NCBI GenBank assembly: GCA_963802345.1
Contig: CAWDIK010000008.1
Coordinates: 161,118-225,117 of the forward strand
Length of the DNA stretch: 64,000 nt
Origin: Vicinamibacterales bacterium
Lineage (GTDB): Bacteria > Acidobacteriota > Vicinamibacteria > Vicinamibacterales > JAMQPK01
Direction: 5' to 3'
Each line of letters begins with the position of its first letter. Position 1 is the first letter of the stretch. Under the pieces are notes generated by a model that saw nothing but the letters and a program-made list of their open reading frames with translations, was not told the DNA's origin and did not search any database. Shown here one piece after another: positions 24,104 through 35,146 of the stretch. A program made the translations under genes and the position numbers.

Positions 24104-24295
24104 TCAGCTCTTCGCGGCCGACCGCTTCTTGCCACGCGGTCGTTTACGCCCGGAGGGCGGCTTGTCGCTCCAGGTATGCCCACAAGAAGGTACAGCGCCA
24201 GCGCAGGATGAGGATACCGCGTTCGCGCTCAATGTCGGCGAGGCGAATCCATGAGGCACTTGCGCCGCAGACTGGGCGATCATTCTGGTAGGCAC
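24104..24295 (-). CDS. Small Zn-ribbon-like protein (frameshifted), paralog of 25330..25548
   Basis: Joined frames read PVCGASASWIRLADIERERGILILRWRC..CGHTW followed by a basic tail. Confidence 0.4.
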   Translation of the reverse strand: MPTRMIAQSAAQVPHGFASPTLSANAVSSSCAGAVPSCGHTWSDKPPSGRKRPRGKKRSAAKS

Positions 24296-25002
24296 AGGAA
24301 GGGAAACGCGTTGACGTCAATCCCGGTTACCACTACACGCGAGTAGACGCCGCAGCGATAGAGCGAGGGTAGAGGTTGCGGTTACTAGAAGGTCAAGAGA
24401 TTGCGTTCTGCGACGTCGTCAACAAACCGCGACAGGTTGGCGCGAGCCGGCGGCTCAGTAATCGTTTAAAGCGAAGAACGTGACGTTTAACTCCGTGCGA
24501 GGGCTGCTCGCCGCCCAGCAACCCCAGGATGGCGCTCGGGATACTCCCGCACCTGCAGGCAGCATTGCTCATGGAACGACGGCTAAGATCCCATGAGCGC
24601 GAGGCGGTTTCTCCGTGTAGCAGTCCGAGCGGCGGCAATCCTCATCGATGCTGCGAGAGCATCGTGCGTGCCAGTCGCAAATGTTTTTGGTGGCGGGAAT
24701 CTAGGAATGCGGCGCAACCTGAACCTTACTCTGCACGGTTTTCTGGTCGGAACCAGATGCTGCTGTTTGTAGGGATAACGGCGCTGCGTTCACTACCGAA
24801 CGTCACCTCGATGACTTTAGGCTCGCTTGCGCCGTTGCTGCGGTTTGCACCCCGGCTCGCGGCGGATCGGGGCGAGCCGTTTCCGTGGTCCCACGCGTGG
24901 TTGCAGATCGTGCAGAGCCACTGATTAACAACCTTCTTCCGCTCGTGCTCCTGTGCGAACAATGGTGGCGTCTTGTGCTGGATCCAACCATGACGATGTC
25001 AA

Positions 25003-25314
25003 TCACCTAACCTCCGCGCTTTTCGTCCAGCCTTCGGCTTGCAGCATCGCGCGCAGCTCCTCGACGCGCCGTTCAAAGGCGACGCGCTCGCGGTGCAATT
25101 CGGTGAGAAAGACTTGGCCGTTGTGCTCGACGCGAAGCTCGAGGCCAACCGCAAACTGCCGGCTGCGGACCTCGCGCATTCGGCAGTCGATGACCCGGTC
25201 GGGTTTCGTCATGCGCCAGAGCAGGCGGTCGCTCGGCGAGCGCAGCGTGACGTTGGAGAGCAGCGCCAAGAACGAGTTCCACGGCAACGACGGCGTAGAC
25301 TCTTCGGCCATCAC
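25003..25314 (-). CDS. Hypothetical protein (about 100 aa)
   Basis: RBS GGAGG upstream; globular-looking sequence LWRMTK..GLELRVEHNG..LQAEGW. Confidence 0.6.
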   Translation of the reverse strand: MMAEESTPSLPWNSFLALLSNVTLRSPSDRLLWRMTKPDRVIDCRMREVRSRQFAVGLELRVEHNGQVFLTELHRERVAFERRVEELRAMLQAEGWTKSAEVR

Positions 25315-25329
25315 AACCTCCGCTTCAAA

Positions 25330-25548
25330 TCACGCGCGCTTGCGACGTCGCTCCGGTCGCAAGGCCGCTTTATGTGCTTTGGTGCGCGGCGTTCCGACAG
25401 TCCATTCATGCGCACACAAGCGGCAGCGCCAGTGCATCGAGAGCGTGCCACCGCGTTCGCGCGTGACCTTGGACACACCGACCCAGACGGAACTCGCGGC
25501 ACACTCGGGACAGGGGGACTTCATTGGCAGCCATCTCATTCTATTCAA
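25330..25548 (-). CDS. Small Zn-ribbon protein with basic tail
   Basis: CPEC..RERG..WRCRLCAHEW followed by an Arg/Lys-rich C-terminus. Confidence 0.55.
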   Translation of the reverse strand: MNRMRWLPMKSPCPECAASSVWVGVSKVTRERGGTLSMHWRCRLCAHEWTVGTPRTKAHKAALRPERRRKRA

Positions 25549-25797
25549 GACGACGCTCGGAAGTGAGATTAGGTAAACCGAGAAGAACGCAACGCCGGCC
25601 CCGAAGCAGCGACCTCCGCAATCGAAACTTCAAAGAAATCAAGCCGCTGTGGGCGTGCCGCGCTGAGTGTGCCGCGTTGGATGGCGGGCCGCGCGCCGGT
25701 GTAGGCTGATTTTTTTCTTAAGCGAGAGTGATTTGGCGTATCGTAGATTTTTCGTCAGCCAGTCACCGCCGTCACATTTTGCTTTGGAGGTAGGAAC

Positions 25798-26271
25798 ATG
25801 GCGAACAGACTCGTCGTGGCCGTCGTGGCTCTTCTAGCCGTCATCAGCGCCTTGCTTCTCGGGCAATCGAAACCTTCAATTCAGGGTGTGTGGCGCGTAG
25901 CCGAAGTGACGACCACCGGCCCTAACGCAAACACGAACAAATCGCCTCAGCCCGGTCTCTACATCTTCACCGGCAAACATTACAGTCTGGTCCGCGATGC
26001 TTCGCTGAATCCGCGCATCGCAATTAAGGACTCCGGCAATGTTACCGCGCCGGAGGCATTGGCCACGTTTGGCCCATTCATCGCGCAATCGGGAACATAC
26101 GACGTAAGGGGAACGACAGTGAACGTTACACCGGTTGTGGCCAAGTTTCCTGCCTCAAGGGAGAAATACGGGACCTCTACGTGGTCCTTTAAATTGCAGG
26201 GCGACACGTTATCGATGACCTACCTGATAGGTCGCAACGCGACCACGGTTCGACTGACGCGAGTGGAGTAA
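25798..26271 (+). CDS. Secreted lipocalin-like beta-barrel protein
   Basis: RBS GGAGG, signal peptide, GxW motif (IQGVWRV), GTY, C-terminal LTRVE. Confidence 0.7.
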   Translation: MANRLVVAVVALLAVISALLLGQSKPSIQGVWRVAEVTTTGPNANTNKSPQPGLYIFTGKHYSLVRDASLNPRIAIKDSGNVTAPEALATFGPFIAQSGTYDVRGTTVNVTPVVAKFPASREKYGTSTWSFKLQGDTLSMTYLIGRNATTVRLTRVE

Positions 26272-26316
26272 GGACTGCGGACATGCGGGAAGTCTTGTTA
26301 CGTACGGCCCGGCTGG

Positions 26317-26367
26317 AGGTTGCCCACCATAGCGCGAAGCGCGACGTTGGGCCGACCGTTACGGAGA
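26317..26367. repeat. REP-like hairpin between convergent genes (copy of 23077)
   Basis: aggttgcccaccatagcgcgaagcgcgacgttgggcc..acggaga. Confidence 0.7.
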
Positions 26368-26384
26368 CGGTCGTCGATTCACCC

Positions 26385-26989
26385 TCACCACGCAAATGGA
26401 CCCGCGTTAAACTCGGTTGAACTAAACGCCAGTCTCACCTGTTCGCTTCCATCCGCCTTCATTCGGTATACGGCGGCTGCGTTGTCCCGGGTAGACGCGA
26501 ATACGATGTATTGCCCATCGGCCGACCACGAGGGATCTGAATTGATCTTTCCGGGATCGTTCGTCAACGGCACCACGTTCGTCCCGTCAGCGTTCATCGT
26601 GAACAGTTCTGAGTTGCCTGTTCTCTTCGACCCAAAGACGATTCGCGATCCATCAGGTGACCACTCCGGGTAGCGATTCTCGGTCGACGCGTTCGTGAGC
26701 TGCACGAGACCGGAACCGTCTGCGTTCATCACATAGAGTTGAAACGTCCCCGTTCGATCCGAATCGAAGAGAATTCTCGATCCGTTTGCGCCGGGCATTT
26801 GCCGCCGCGCCCCTCCATGAGTCGAAGCAGAGCATTCAAATGCTCGGTTGGGATCACCACAGTCGCTGATGGTGGTCCCGAGGGCAAAGTCGCGGGAGCG
26901 ACGGGACTTCGACTCACGTGATCGCACGCCGCTCCGAAAACAGCGACAGCAATCGCGGTCACTGCCGAGCGGAACGACAGTCGAGTCAT
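26385..26989 (-). CDS. TolB-like PD40 beta-propeller lipoprotein, short and frameshifted
   Basis: Lipobox-like GAAC; repeats of SDRTG..LYVMNADGS, PEWSPDGS, PSWSADG. Confidence 0.7.
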
Positions 26990-27070
26990 GGAATTTCAGT
27001 GAACACCAACGAGAGGACGCGTTTCATTCAGGGTCTCCCAAAGACAAGATTCCCGAGAGCGACGCGTTAC

Positions 27071-27412
27071 CTAGTGAAACTCCTTGCTGTCCGCAGGGAC
27101 CTGTTCGCGGTTGAACATGCCGTAGTCACGGATGACACCTGCGATCCGCAGGCGATAGTCTCGAAAAATGCCTGCTCGGCCCCTTGCCTGCGCGCTACGG
27201 TGTTGTTCGAGTGCCCGCCACTTCGCAACGGCCTCCTCATCCCGAAAGAACGAGAGTGAAAGGATTTTTCCGGGTTCGTAGAGACTCTCGAAACGCTCGA
27301 TGGAGATGAAGCCGTCAATCTGATCCAGCAGCGGGCGAAGCGCTGCGGCAATGTCCAGATACTCCTGTCGGCGCCCTTCCGCTGGCCAGACCTCGAAAAT
27401 GACCCCGATCAT
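27071..27412 (-). CDS. Antibiotic biosynthesis monooxygenase (ABM) family protein
   Basis: MIGVIFEVWP..IDGFISIERFES..HRSAQARGR..FRDYRLRIA. Confidence 0.9.
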   Translation of the reverse strand: MIGVIFEVWPAEGRRQEYLDIAAALRPLLDQIDGFISIERFESLYEPGKILSLSFFRDEEAVAKWRALEQHRSAQARGRAGIFRDYRLRIAGVIRDYGMFNREQVPADSKEFH

Positions 27413-27444
27413 CCGTGACTCCTCTCCATAGTTCCTCGATCCGA

Positions 27445-28248
27445 TTAGTCCTCGGTCGGCGAACCGTGAAGGCCCGAAAGTGCAACGTGGCAAGCTTCGG
27501 AGTCAACCTCTCGCGCCTCGGCGAGCATGTTGTCGGTCGCACCATCCCCGAGCTCCGTGCGCAACGAGACCTCATGCTGCTCCCAGAGACAGTAGAGCCG
27601 CAGCCAAAAACCGGGAACGTCTGGACGCGGCTCGTCATGATCGAGCTCGAGGCCAACGCCAGCGACACGGTCGGCCACTCACCCGTGCTACTGGGACCTG
27701 GCGGCCGATCTTCGGCCCGGGTTGGCGGGCCGTGAACACGGCGCGAGCCCCGGGCCGAAGCACCGCCGGAGCTCCCGCAACGCCGCGTCACGATCCGGAG
27801 CAAAGGCAACGCATAACGCTCACAACGCCGTGGCCGAGGCACCCGGAGGACCCGTCGCGTCGAACGATGCGACACGAAACTGGGCGGGCGTTGGAAGCGC
27901 CAAACGCTCCGCGGTGCGCAGTGCGAGGGCGATTCCCTTCGGTGAGAAGTCGAGCCCGACGAGGCGGGCCCTGTCTCGCGGGCCAGCCAAAGGCCGGGGC
28001 CGCCGCGTCCACACCCGAGATGGACGAGAAGATCGCAGGGCGTAGCGCCAGCATCTCAAGGATATCGGCCAGCAGGGACCGGGTGCAGCTCTGGAGGGAT
28101 CGACGTCGACCGGATAGTCGTCGCCCATCGCCCGCTGCCACAGGACGACGAGAAGAGAGTCGCTCGCCGTCTCGTGGGGCAGGTCGAACTCCTCGGCAGC
28201 GGGAGGTATCGGGGTAGGAGAAGTGTCAGGCTTCCCGTCGACGCTCAT
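27445..28248 (-). CDS. Class I SAM-dependent methyltransferase (multiple frameshifts)
   Basis: Joined frames give GCGRGGPGLWLARETG / ARLVGLDFSPKGI..AQFRVASFDATG; C-terminal ORF 27445..27678. Confidence 0.6.
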
Positions 28249-28313
28249 CAAACCAACTTTCAAGGGGATTCGCACCACTGACAAAAGAATTGCGGGTCGG
28301 CCCCGCGACGAGC

Positions 28314-29893
28314 TCAAGGCGCGGGCGGCCGCGGCAGCGGCTTTCGCGGCAATTTCTGTTCGCGATTTGCAGCGTGATACACAAACCCCGCGACGATGGC
28401 AGCATTTTGTATCAGGTCTGAAGGCTGAATGCGGTCATGCACGTCCATGTTCGTGTGGTGCGTTCGTGTTTGATATTCCACCGGGTCTTGAATGAACTGA
28501 AACGCAGGTAGCCCCACTTCGTCGAAGGCAACATGATCGGTTGAGCCTGTATTCCGGATCGCTAGGGTGGTCATCCCGATATTCCTGAACGGCTCCATCC
28601 ACGCCTGAAAGACAGGCGCAACCGCTTCGTTGCGCTGGAGAAAGATCCCCCGGATAGCGCCCGTTCCGTTGTCAACGTTGAAGTATGCCGCCAGTCTCCC
28701 GTGCTCGGGCTTCAACGTCATCGTTTGCCGGTCTGCAAAATGATCCTTCACGTAGGCTCTCGATCCCAGCAGGCCTTGTTCCTCGCCGGTCCAAAGTGCG
28801 ATGCGGACTGTGCGGCGCATCTTCACGCCCGTGGTTTTCAGGATCCGCATGGCTTCGAGCATGACGGCTGATCCAGCGGCGTTGTCGGTGGCCCCAGTGC
28901 CACTGTGCCACGAGTCGAAGTGCGCGCCTACCATCACCACCTCGTCCGCCAGGTCGCTGCCGCGAATCTCGCCGACGATGTTGAAGGAGTTGAGATCCTC
29001 GTCATGGAACCTGTTGTCGATATCCATTTCGAGCGTCACGGGAATCTTCTTTTCAACCGTCCGGAAGATACGGTTGTAGTGCTCGGCAGCGATGACGATT
29101 TGCGGAAAGCCAGGGGGAGACTTCGGGTCTCGCGGGCCCATAGGGCCTGCTCCGCGGCCGAGACCCGGTGGTCCGACAACGAAGATCGTGCCGCCATTCA
29201 CGCCGCGGCTCGGCTCGAGCGTTGCGAGCACGCCTTCGCTGACGTAGAACTCGGCACGCAACCGATTCAGCGCCTGTTGCGCCGTTGTTCCACCAGGCGG
29301 GGGACCTCCCCTCCTTCCGGTGGGGGACGGCGCGGGCTCACGCGAAAGCCGTTCGAGTCCGCCGTCGTCATATCTGGACGACAGTGGTTGGGCCGACGGG
29401 GCAAGCGGTCCCAACGCCGCGCTCAAGACGATCTTGCCCTTCAGCTTCCCTCGGTGTGTTTCCGTGTCGCAGCTGATGCGATGACAGCGACGGCGACTTC
29501 TCCTCGTTTAAGCCCTTGTGTGCCTGGCGTCCACGCCTTTGGGAACCCGATGATTGGATACTTCTGCGGAGCCGTCGCGTGCAGATAGAATTTTTCGTTC
29601 GACCAGCCACGGCCGAACGGCCCCCAGGGTTCCTGCTTCACATTCACAAGGCCCCACTCCGTCATCTTCGCCGTGGTCCAGGCTGCCGCCACTTTGATGT
29701 TGGGGGAGTTGGTCAGCCGCGGACCATGGATATCAGTCAGATAGCCCATCAATTCCATGATGGCCGAACGCTGAAACGCCTCGTCTTTGATCTTGTAGAC
29801 CGCATCCAGATCCGGCCGGTCGTAGGATTGGGCGGTCGGCAGGGCTGACGCAAGGGCCAGCGCGACAAGCAAAATAGCGAGGCGGAGTGTCAT
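28314..29893 (-). CDS. Secreted M28-family metallopeptidase (frameshift near 29435)
   Basis: LTDIHGPRLTNS; GAHFDSW, ATDNAAG, GEEQGLLGS, NVDNG, STDH, THHTN. Confidence 0.88.
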
Positions 29894-29952
29894 GATAGTC
29901 CCCTTGAAGCGCAGGATCTATCATCGGGAAAACGGCTCACGCGTTCACCCTG

Positions 29953-31179
29953 TCATCGGGCTTTGATGTCGTACGTGAGCAGCGTGTCCTGATTACGCAC
30001 GTACAGCCGGCCGTCGCTGATCACCGGGTGGGCCCAACTCGGATAACCCTTGTCGGGAATGCTGAAACGCCCCTTCTCTCGGTAGCCGGACGGCGTCGCT
30101 TCCGCCAGCCCCACGACGTTGTTCTCGCTCTGAATGTAGAGGTTGCCGTCGGCGAACGTCACCGAACCTTTTCCGACGCTGCGGTCGCGCCACATCATCT
30201 TGCCCGTCGCAAACTCGAGGCAGGTCAGGATTGAATCGTTGAATCCGTAGAGATAGCCGTCCACAAGGACGACCCCGCCGTGGTGGTTGTTCATGCTGCG
30301 CGTGAAGTACACCTCTTTAGCTTTGACCTCCCCGTTCTGCGCCGTCAGCTCGAGAAGCCCGCCGCCGGTGCCGTACGCGGAGGTAAAGAACACTTTGTTG
30401 TTCGAGAAAATCGGTGTCGCAACGTTCGCCACGTCATTCGCGGCGTTCGGATAGCTGAACATCAGCTTGCCGTCGGACGCGCGCACACCGACGCCTGCAG
30501 ACTCCGTGAACGTCAGATACGTGCGCACTCCCTGCACGTCCGCGGCGATCACCGACGAATACCCCGCGGAATCGCTGAGATCCTTCGACGTCCAGACAGT
30601 GGCTCCCGTCATTTTGTCGAGCTTCACGATGCCGGCGCCGGGACCGCCCGGAGAAACGATGACGTGCGGTCCGTCGACCAGCGGCGACTCACTGATGAGC
30701 CATTGGAGCTGCCGTCCTCGAAAATCGCGGAGGATATTGCGCTGCCACACCGCCGTGCCATCCGTCTTGAGGCACATCAGGTCGCCGTTCTCGCTGAGCG
30801 CGTAAAGGCGATCGCCGTCGACGGTCGGTGTGCCGCGCGGTCCCGGCCCCCGGTCGTCGGTCTGGGTTGCACCCAGCGCCTTGGACCAGACTTCCTTTCC
30901 ATCCGCACGATTGAGCGCGACGACGATGCTGTTGCGGCCGCGCGTGCTTTGGACGAAAACGCGATCGCCCGCAACCGCCATCGAGCCGTAGCCGCCACCG
31001 ACTCCAGTCGCCGTCCACACGACTGGCGGCCCACCTTTGGGCCATTCCTTCAGCAGGCCGGTTTCCTTTGACACTCGCGAGCGATCGGGGCCCTGCCATT
31101 GCGGCCAGTCTGCGGCGTGCAGAGTGGTAACGCTGAGAAGCACCGCTGCGGCAAACGCAAGGGCTCTGCTCTTCATCAT
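29953..31179 (-). CDS. PQQ-binding-like beta-propeller repeat protein (BamB-like)
   Basis: Signal peptide, [11 protein letters not shown], repeated GKEVW / TGATVW motifs, [14 protein letters not shown]. Confidence 0.88.
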   Translation of the reverse strand: MMKSRALAFAAAVLLSVTTLHAADWPQWQGPDRSRVSKETGLLKEWPKGGPPVVWTATGVGGGYGSMAVAGDRVFVQSTRGRNSIVVALNRADGKEVWSKALGATQTDDRGPGPRGTPTVDGDRLYALSENGDLMCLKTDGTAVWQRNILRDFRGRQLQWLISESPLVDGPHVIVSPGGPGAGIVKLDKMTGATVWTSKDLSDSAGYSSVIAADVQGVRTYLTFTESAGVGVRASDGKLMFSYPNAANDVANVATPIFSNNKVFFTSAYGTGGGLLELTAQNGEVKAKEVYFTRSMNNHHGGVVLVDGYLYGFNDSILTCLEFATGKMMWRDRSVGKGSVTFADGNLYIQSENNVVGLAEATPSGYREKGRFSIPDKGYPSWAHPVISDGRLYVRNQDTLLTYDIKAR

Positions 31180-31587
31180 CAGGAGAATAATGCGACGATC
31201 GAAATCTGCGCGTCGGAAGCTGTGCAGCTGCTCAACGGCGCCAGGCGATCTCCATGGTCGTTGGAGGCGCGCGTCGGATGATCTCGGAGGCAGTGACGCC
31301 GAATCGCGGCTGCCGCAGCGATGTGATCCATCGCCAGTCCTGGATGCTGGCCAGGGCTTTCGCACGATTCCGGTCGAATGCGTGCTGAGTCTGCGGGGAG
31401 TACTCGGCATCGGTCGTCGTCTCCGTATCGGTCCTCGCCGCGTCGACGGCAGCGCGCCGCTGCTTTCGTGCAGCGCGTCCATGGCCTCATCGAGCCGCAC
31501 GTCATGCGCGTGTACCAGCGCCACGCCCAGCCCGGTTCCCAGAACAAACGTCGCCGTCAACACCATCGCCGAACGTCGTCTCGTCAT
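31179..31587 (-). CDS. Small secreted helical hypothetical protein (frameshifted; 3' end uncertain)
   Basis: RBS AAGGAGG; [20 protein letters not shown] signal-like N-terminus. Confidence 0.45.
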
Positions 31588-31818
31588 TGAATCCTCCTTA
31601 TGGTTCAGCGCGAGCTGGGGAGTCGGGATTATGCCGCCCGACAGACTTCCGACAACCCGGTACCGACGACGGCGATTGGAACGATTGATCCGGCGCGAAG
31701 ACCAATCGAGCCGTATAATCGCGACCGCCGTGGCTTGCCACATTGAACCACTCGAACATTGCGTCGATCTATGGCTTAGAGCGAATGGTGGAACGAGTCG
31801 TATCAGCCGCTGAGCGGT

Positions 31819-33531
31819 ATGAAACGCGCTCTTGATGCTGTTCTCGTCCTGTCCGCGGCGACGCTGATTCTCATCGCATCAATCGGCGGCATCGACATCC
31901 AGCTCGGACAGGTGTCGATTCGGGCGCGTGACTGGCTGCGGCCGGCGATGGCTCTGGTGCTTTCCCTCAGCGTGCGCGCCGCGCTCAGCGCCGTCAACCA
32001 GAAATCACGGGCATCGGCTCTGGCCGAGGCCGTTTCTTACGTTTCAATACGCGGCCTGTTGGCGCTGATCGTCGCGGCGGTGCTGGCGTACTCGCAGTTT
32101 CACGTCCGTGTAGCGGGCGGCCTGGACAGCTACGGCTATGTCAGTACGGCGAGACTCATTGCATCTGGGCGTCTCAGCGAGCCGCAGCCGCTTGCGTCCA
32201 TCCTCCCGTTCCCCGATCCGCTGAAGGCAGCCACGCCGATCGGCCATGTGCCGGCGACCGAAGGATTCTCGTCGGTCCCTCGGTTCCCCATCGGACTGCC
32301 CCTCATGATGGCGCTGTTTTCCGCTTTTCATCCGACTGGTCCGTTCTTCGTGCCGCTCGTCATGGCCTATGTCGCGCTCGCGCTCGCGTATCTCATGGGC
32401 CGCAGGTCGTCCGATCGCTTGACGGGTTTGTTTGCCGCCGCGCTTGTCGCGGTAGACCCGGTCTTCGCAATGTCGGCAGTCCAGCCCATGAGCGATGTGC
32501 CCGCCGCGTGCTGGCTGCTGGCGGCGATTTGCGCCGTGGACACCGACAACGCGCCCTCCCCCGAGGGGAGTCGAGGGGCGCGCTCCATCTTGTGGAACAT
32601 GACGGCAGGCATTTGCGCCGGAATGGCCATGCTGACGCGTCCGGTACTCCTTCCCGCAGTGTTGGTCTTTCTGTTAATCCATCTGCTCAGAACGCAATCG
32701 CGCAGCGCATGGGTTGCTGCCGCGACCACGTCGGTGTTTCTGCTGTTGCAGATTTGGTTGAATGCGACGCTTTACGGAACCCTGACGATGTCCGGATATG
32801 GAAGCGCGTCGCACATGTTCGAGCTCTCGTTCTCGCGGATTGCGGCCAACCTTTCGAACTTCGGCAAATGGCTCATCTACTCGCGCTCGACGCTGCTCTG
32901 GCTCGCGTGGCCAGGAGCCCTTGTCGTTCTTCGTCGCGATCGGCGGGCATGGGAACTGTCGGCGATCGCCGCGGCCGCCGCGGCTCCGTATCTGTTTTAT
33001 CTTGTCTTCGACAACTGGGATTCTTCCCGTTTTCTGCTGCCGACGATCGTCCTTGTTCTGATCGTGTGTGCCCGCGCGCTGTCACAGTTCCTCAGCCTTC
33101 GGACGACACAAGCCTGGCGGGCGGCGGTAATGTTCGCGATTGCCTTCACAAGCGGCTTCGTTTCGCAACAATTCCTTCAGCGCGAGGGGATCGGCCGAAC
33201 CCGTGTGGAAGAGGCGAAATATGCGCTGGTCGGCGAGTGGTTCAGGCGAAACACGTCCGAACGCGCGGTGGTCCTCTCGAGCCTGCACAGCGGCGCGATT
33301 CGACTGTATGGCAGCCGACCAACAATCCGCTGGGACGAGATACCAGGAGACTCTCTCGACGCCACGATCGAGCGGCTTGTCGCCTCGGGTTACGAACCTT
33401 ATCTCGCGCTCGATACGCCGAGTGAACCGCCGATCTACGAAGAGCGTTTCCGAAGCCAGTCAGCCAACGCCGAGCCGATCGCGCGGGTGCGGGTGGTTAA
33501 CATCTACAAGTTCGCGTCAACCGACAAATAG
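31819..33531 (+). CDS. Polytopic membrane GT-C-type glycosyltransferase-like protein
   Basis: GGLDSYGYVS, P.FPIGLP, QPMSDVP motifs and many TM helices. Confidence 0.7.
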   Translation: MKRALDAVLVLSAATLILIASIGGIDIQLGQVSIRARDWLRPAMALVLSLSVRAALSAVNQKSRASALAEAVSYVSIRGLLALIVAAVLAYSQFHVRVAGGLDSYGYVSTARLIASGRLSEPQPLASILPFPDPLKAATPIGHVPATEGFSSVPRFPIGLPLMMALFSAFHPTGPFFVPLVMAYVALALAYLMGRRSSDRLTGLFAAALVAVDPVFAMSAVQPMSDVPAACWLLAAICAVDTDNAPSPEGSRGARSILWNMTAGICAGMAMLTRPVLLPAVLVFLLIHLLRTQSRSAWVAAATTSVFLLLQIWLNATLYGTLTMSGYGSASHMFELSFSRIAANLSNFGKWLIYSRSTLLWLAWPGALVVLRRDRRAWELSAIAAAAAAPYLFYLVFDNWDSSRFLLPTIVLVLIVCARALSQFLSLRTTQAWRAAVMFAIAFTSGFVSQQFLQREGIGRTRVEEAKYALVGEWFRRNTSERAVVLSSLHSGAIRLYGSRPTIRWDEIPGDSLDATIERLVASGYEPYLALDTPSEPPIYEERFRSQSANAEPIARVRVVNIYKFASTDK

Positions 33532-33597
33532 CGGTGTCTAGTGTCGGGTTCAGACGATCAGGAAGTCCGGAGATCTTCCTGATCGTCCTCAGCGCGA

Positions 33598-34950
33598 TTA
33601 TGGATTGCGGTGCATGAGCCGCAGCGATACGGCGATTGCCATGTGACGTTTCCGTTCGAGATTGGCGCTCGTCCCGAACGCCGCGACATCGACGCCGAAC
33701 CCTTCCGACAGGTTGAAACCGACGCCGCCGGTCGGTTCCCACCGTTCCTTGATGTACCGCCCGCCGCCGCGAAGCTGGATCCGGTTGAACCGCTGCTCGT
33801 ATCCGGCGCGGAAGCTCGTGCCGTTGTAACCATGGCCATACTCCACGATGCCCGTCCACACGTCGGCGTTGTACGCGCCGTTGGCACGGATGTCCACCGG
33901 GAGCTCCACGCGTGCGTCACCAGTTGGAGTCGTGGGAAGATCGACGAAGTCGCCGCCAGAGAAGAGGCTGTCGAGAACGTAGTCGGTCCGCTCGACACCT
34001 GTCCAGTCCATGCGATTGGCAATCCCGTTGACGCCGAAGCCCACCTCCCACCGATCGACAACCGCGGCGACCCCCATGTCGATCGCAAAGCCGCTCCCCT
34101 GCGACGACGTGTGACGGAGGATCGAGACGGGCAAGCCCTGGCTGAGATTGACAGTCAGCAAACCGTTCGCGTTGGTGTCGAGTCTCGCCGAGGGCTCGAA
34201 ATGCTCGTACTGGAAGCCATGGAGATAGTGGTAGTTCGCTCCGATGTACAGACCGTCGAGCTCCCCTCCTCCCGCTCGGCTGATGCGCCCGCGGTACCCG
34301 CCGGTCACCGCCAGCGCGAACTGACTGAGCGTGTCGTTCGACATGTAATAGCTGGTGTTCGGTGTATAGACCGGCGTCGAACTCGCAAACACGGCTGCCA
34401 GCGCAGGATCGATCTCGGCCGACGTCTGCATCGAGAAGTACGGACCGGCGCCCGCGTAAATACCGTGGAACGACCCGTTGGTGTTCTGAGTCAGCTTGAA
34501 CGTGTGCCCCCAGTTCGGCGACGCCAGGCCTTCGGCCGACGCGCTCGTCGCCGGCGAAAATCCCCGATAGTCGTTGAGATCGCGGCTGAGCTCGCCATTC
34601 CGAAGGTCAGTGATGAAAAGAGAGGCGGTTGCCGTGTCGTCGCGCCCGATGATGAAGTGAATCGGGCTCGCGCTGTATTCGATCGCGCGGACGAGATCGA
34701 ATTCGTCCTTGGTCGGATCGAGCTTCGGGAGATTGGGAATCACCTGGAGCAATCCGAACGGCAGCACTATCGCGCGGTACGGCCGCTGCTCGTCGACCAT
34801 GTCGACCGCGACGTTGCTGGTCGAGCCCACGCCACCAAGCCCAACCGCCCGGGCATCGAAGCTCCAGTTCTGCGCACGCGCCTGGGCTGGAAGAAGACTG
34901 GCCACTAACAGACACACCGAGACGGCGTTTCGACGAAGCGAGACACTCAT
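33598..34950 (-). CDS. Putative outer-membrane beta-barrel protein (TraF_2/FadL-like N-terminus)
   Basis: Signal peptide, DARAVGLGG, alternating beta-strand pattern (GSGFAIDMGV, IQLRGGGRY). Confidence 0.55.
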   Translation of the reverse strand: MSVSLRRNAVSVCLLVASLLPAQARAQNWSFDARAVGLGGVGSTSNVAVDMVDEQRPYRAIVLPFGLLQVIPNLPKLDPTKDEFDLVRAIEYSASPIHFIIGRDDTATASLFITDLRNGELSRDLNDYRGFSPATSASAEGLASPNWGHTFKLTQNTNGSFHGIYAGAGPYFSMQTSAEIDPALAAVFASSTPVYTPNTSYYMSNDTLSQFALAVTGGYRGRISRAGGGELDGLYIGANYHYLHGFQYEHFEPSARLDTNANGLLTVNLSQGLPVSILRHTSSQGSGFAIDMGVAAVVDRWEVGFGVNGIANRMDWTGVERTDYVLDSLFSGGDFVDLPTTPTGDARVELPVDIRANGAYNADVWTGIVEYGHGYNGTSFRAGYEQRFNRIQLRGGGRYIKERWEPTGGVGFNLSEGFGVDVAAFGTSANLERKRHMAIAVSLRLMHRNP

Positions 34951-35146
34951 TGGGGGAGCCTCCATTTTATGTAGGTAACGCTTCCCATCGTTCCGCAGAC
35001 AGCGCCGCAGCGATGGCACGCACATGAGAGTAAACGACAGAGGCGGACAATATGAACGCGCGTTCATTGACTTTTCCCCCAACCGTCCGTACGCTCCCCC
35101 ACACGGGCTGCATGGACGATCGGCGCCGCCCTCAGAGGGAGCAACC

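Noticed and set aside
20740-28300. Prophage or ICE at the tRNA cluster
   Set aside because: No integrase, capsid, terminase, relaxase or conjugation genes are visible; only IS elements and small accessory genes.
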